Below, one piece after another: positions 35,993 to 36,325 of a stretch of DNA of 36,325 nucleotides. The notes under the pieces were generated by a model, which was not told the DNA's origin, searched no databases, and worked only from the letters and a program-made list of their open reading frames with translations. The position numbers and the translations under genes were made by a program. The stretch lies in NCBI RefSeq assembly GCF_001194135.2, contig NC_068984.1, forward strand, positions 26,671,533-26,707,857, written 5' to 3'. The DNA comes from Octopus bimaculoides. Lineage: Eukaryota. Position 1 is the first letter of the stretch. Every line of letters begins with the position of its first letter.

Positions 35993-36325
35993 AGGTGGTT
36001 AGTGATAAGAGATTGATCAAAGAGCAAGCTGTGAAACATGAAGCAATATTTCCAATTCGCCTAAGATAATGTGCAGCACCTCAATACAAAGTAACCAGAA
36101 GATTATTCAGCCCCTGCTTTTGGTATGAAATTGGTTCATACAACACTGATATGTGTAACTGAGCGGGCGTGGCTCATGCAACATAGAAACCATGACACCC
36201 ACATACACTTTACATACACTTTAAGTGTGTATGTATATACATCAATGTGTGCGTGTATGTGTTCACATATATGTATATATGTATCTGTATATATACAGAA
36301 ACATATACGCATATATATATATATA

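Overview
This is repeat-dense, AT-rich eukaryotic DNA with eight N-gaps. The SINE repertoire and extreme microsatellite load look cephalopod (Octopus-like), which is an inference from recalled repeat families. I recognise no host protein-coding gene, and nearly all listed ORFs are microsatellite or gap artefacts. The window holds decayed retroelement fragments from about five lineages: a CR1/Jockey-type RT (7.3-8.4 kb, minus), Penelope-like GIY-YIG (12.6-13.2 kb, minus), a HERO-type RLE LINE (14.2-15.2 kb, minus), an R4/Dong-type RLE LINE (22.2-22.5 kb, minus) and an RTE LINE (32.7-33.9 kb, plus). It also holds at least three tRNA-derived SINE families, a 5'-truncated 5S rRNA copy lying just upstream of a SINE, a MITE with 82-bp TIRs, a ~250-bp-arm inverted repeat and a 21-bp inverted repeat around (AAT)n. 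The best lead is a ~200-bp TA-flanked element present twice, which carries a hammerhead-ribozyme-like fold with a non-canonical core (CUGUUGAA). It and a second small element sit inside the internal microsatellite of a SINE.
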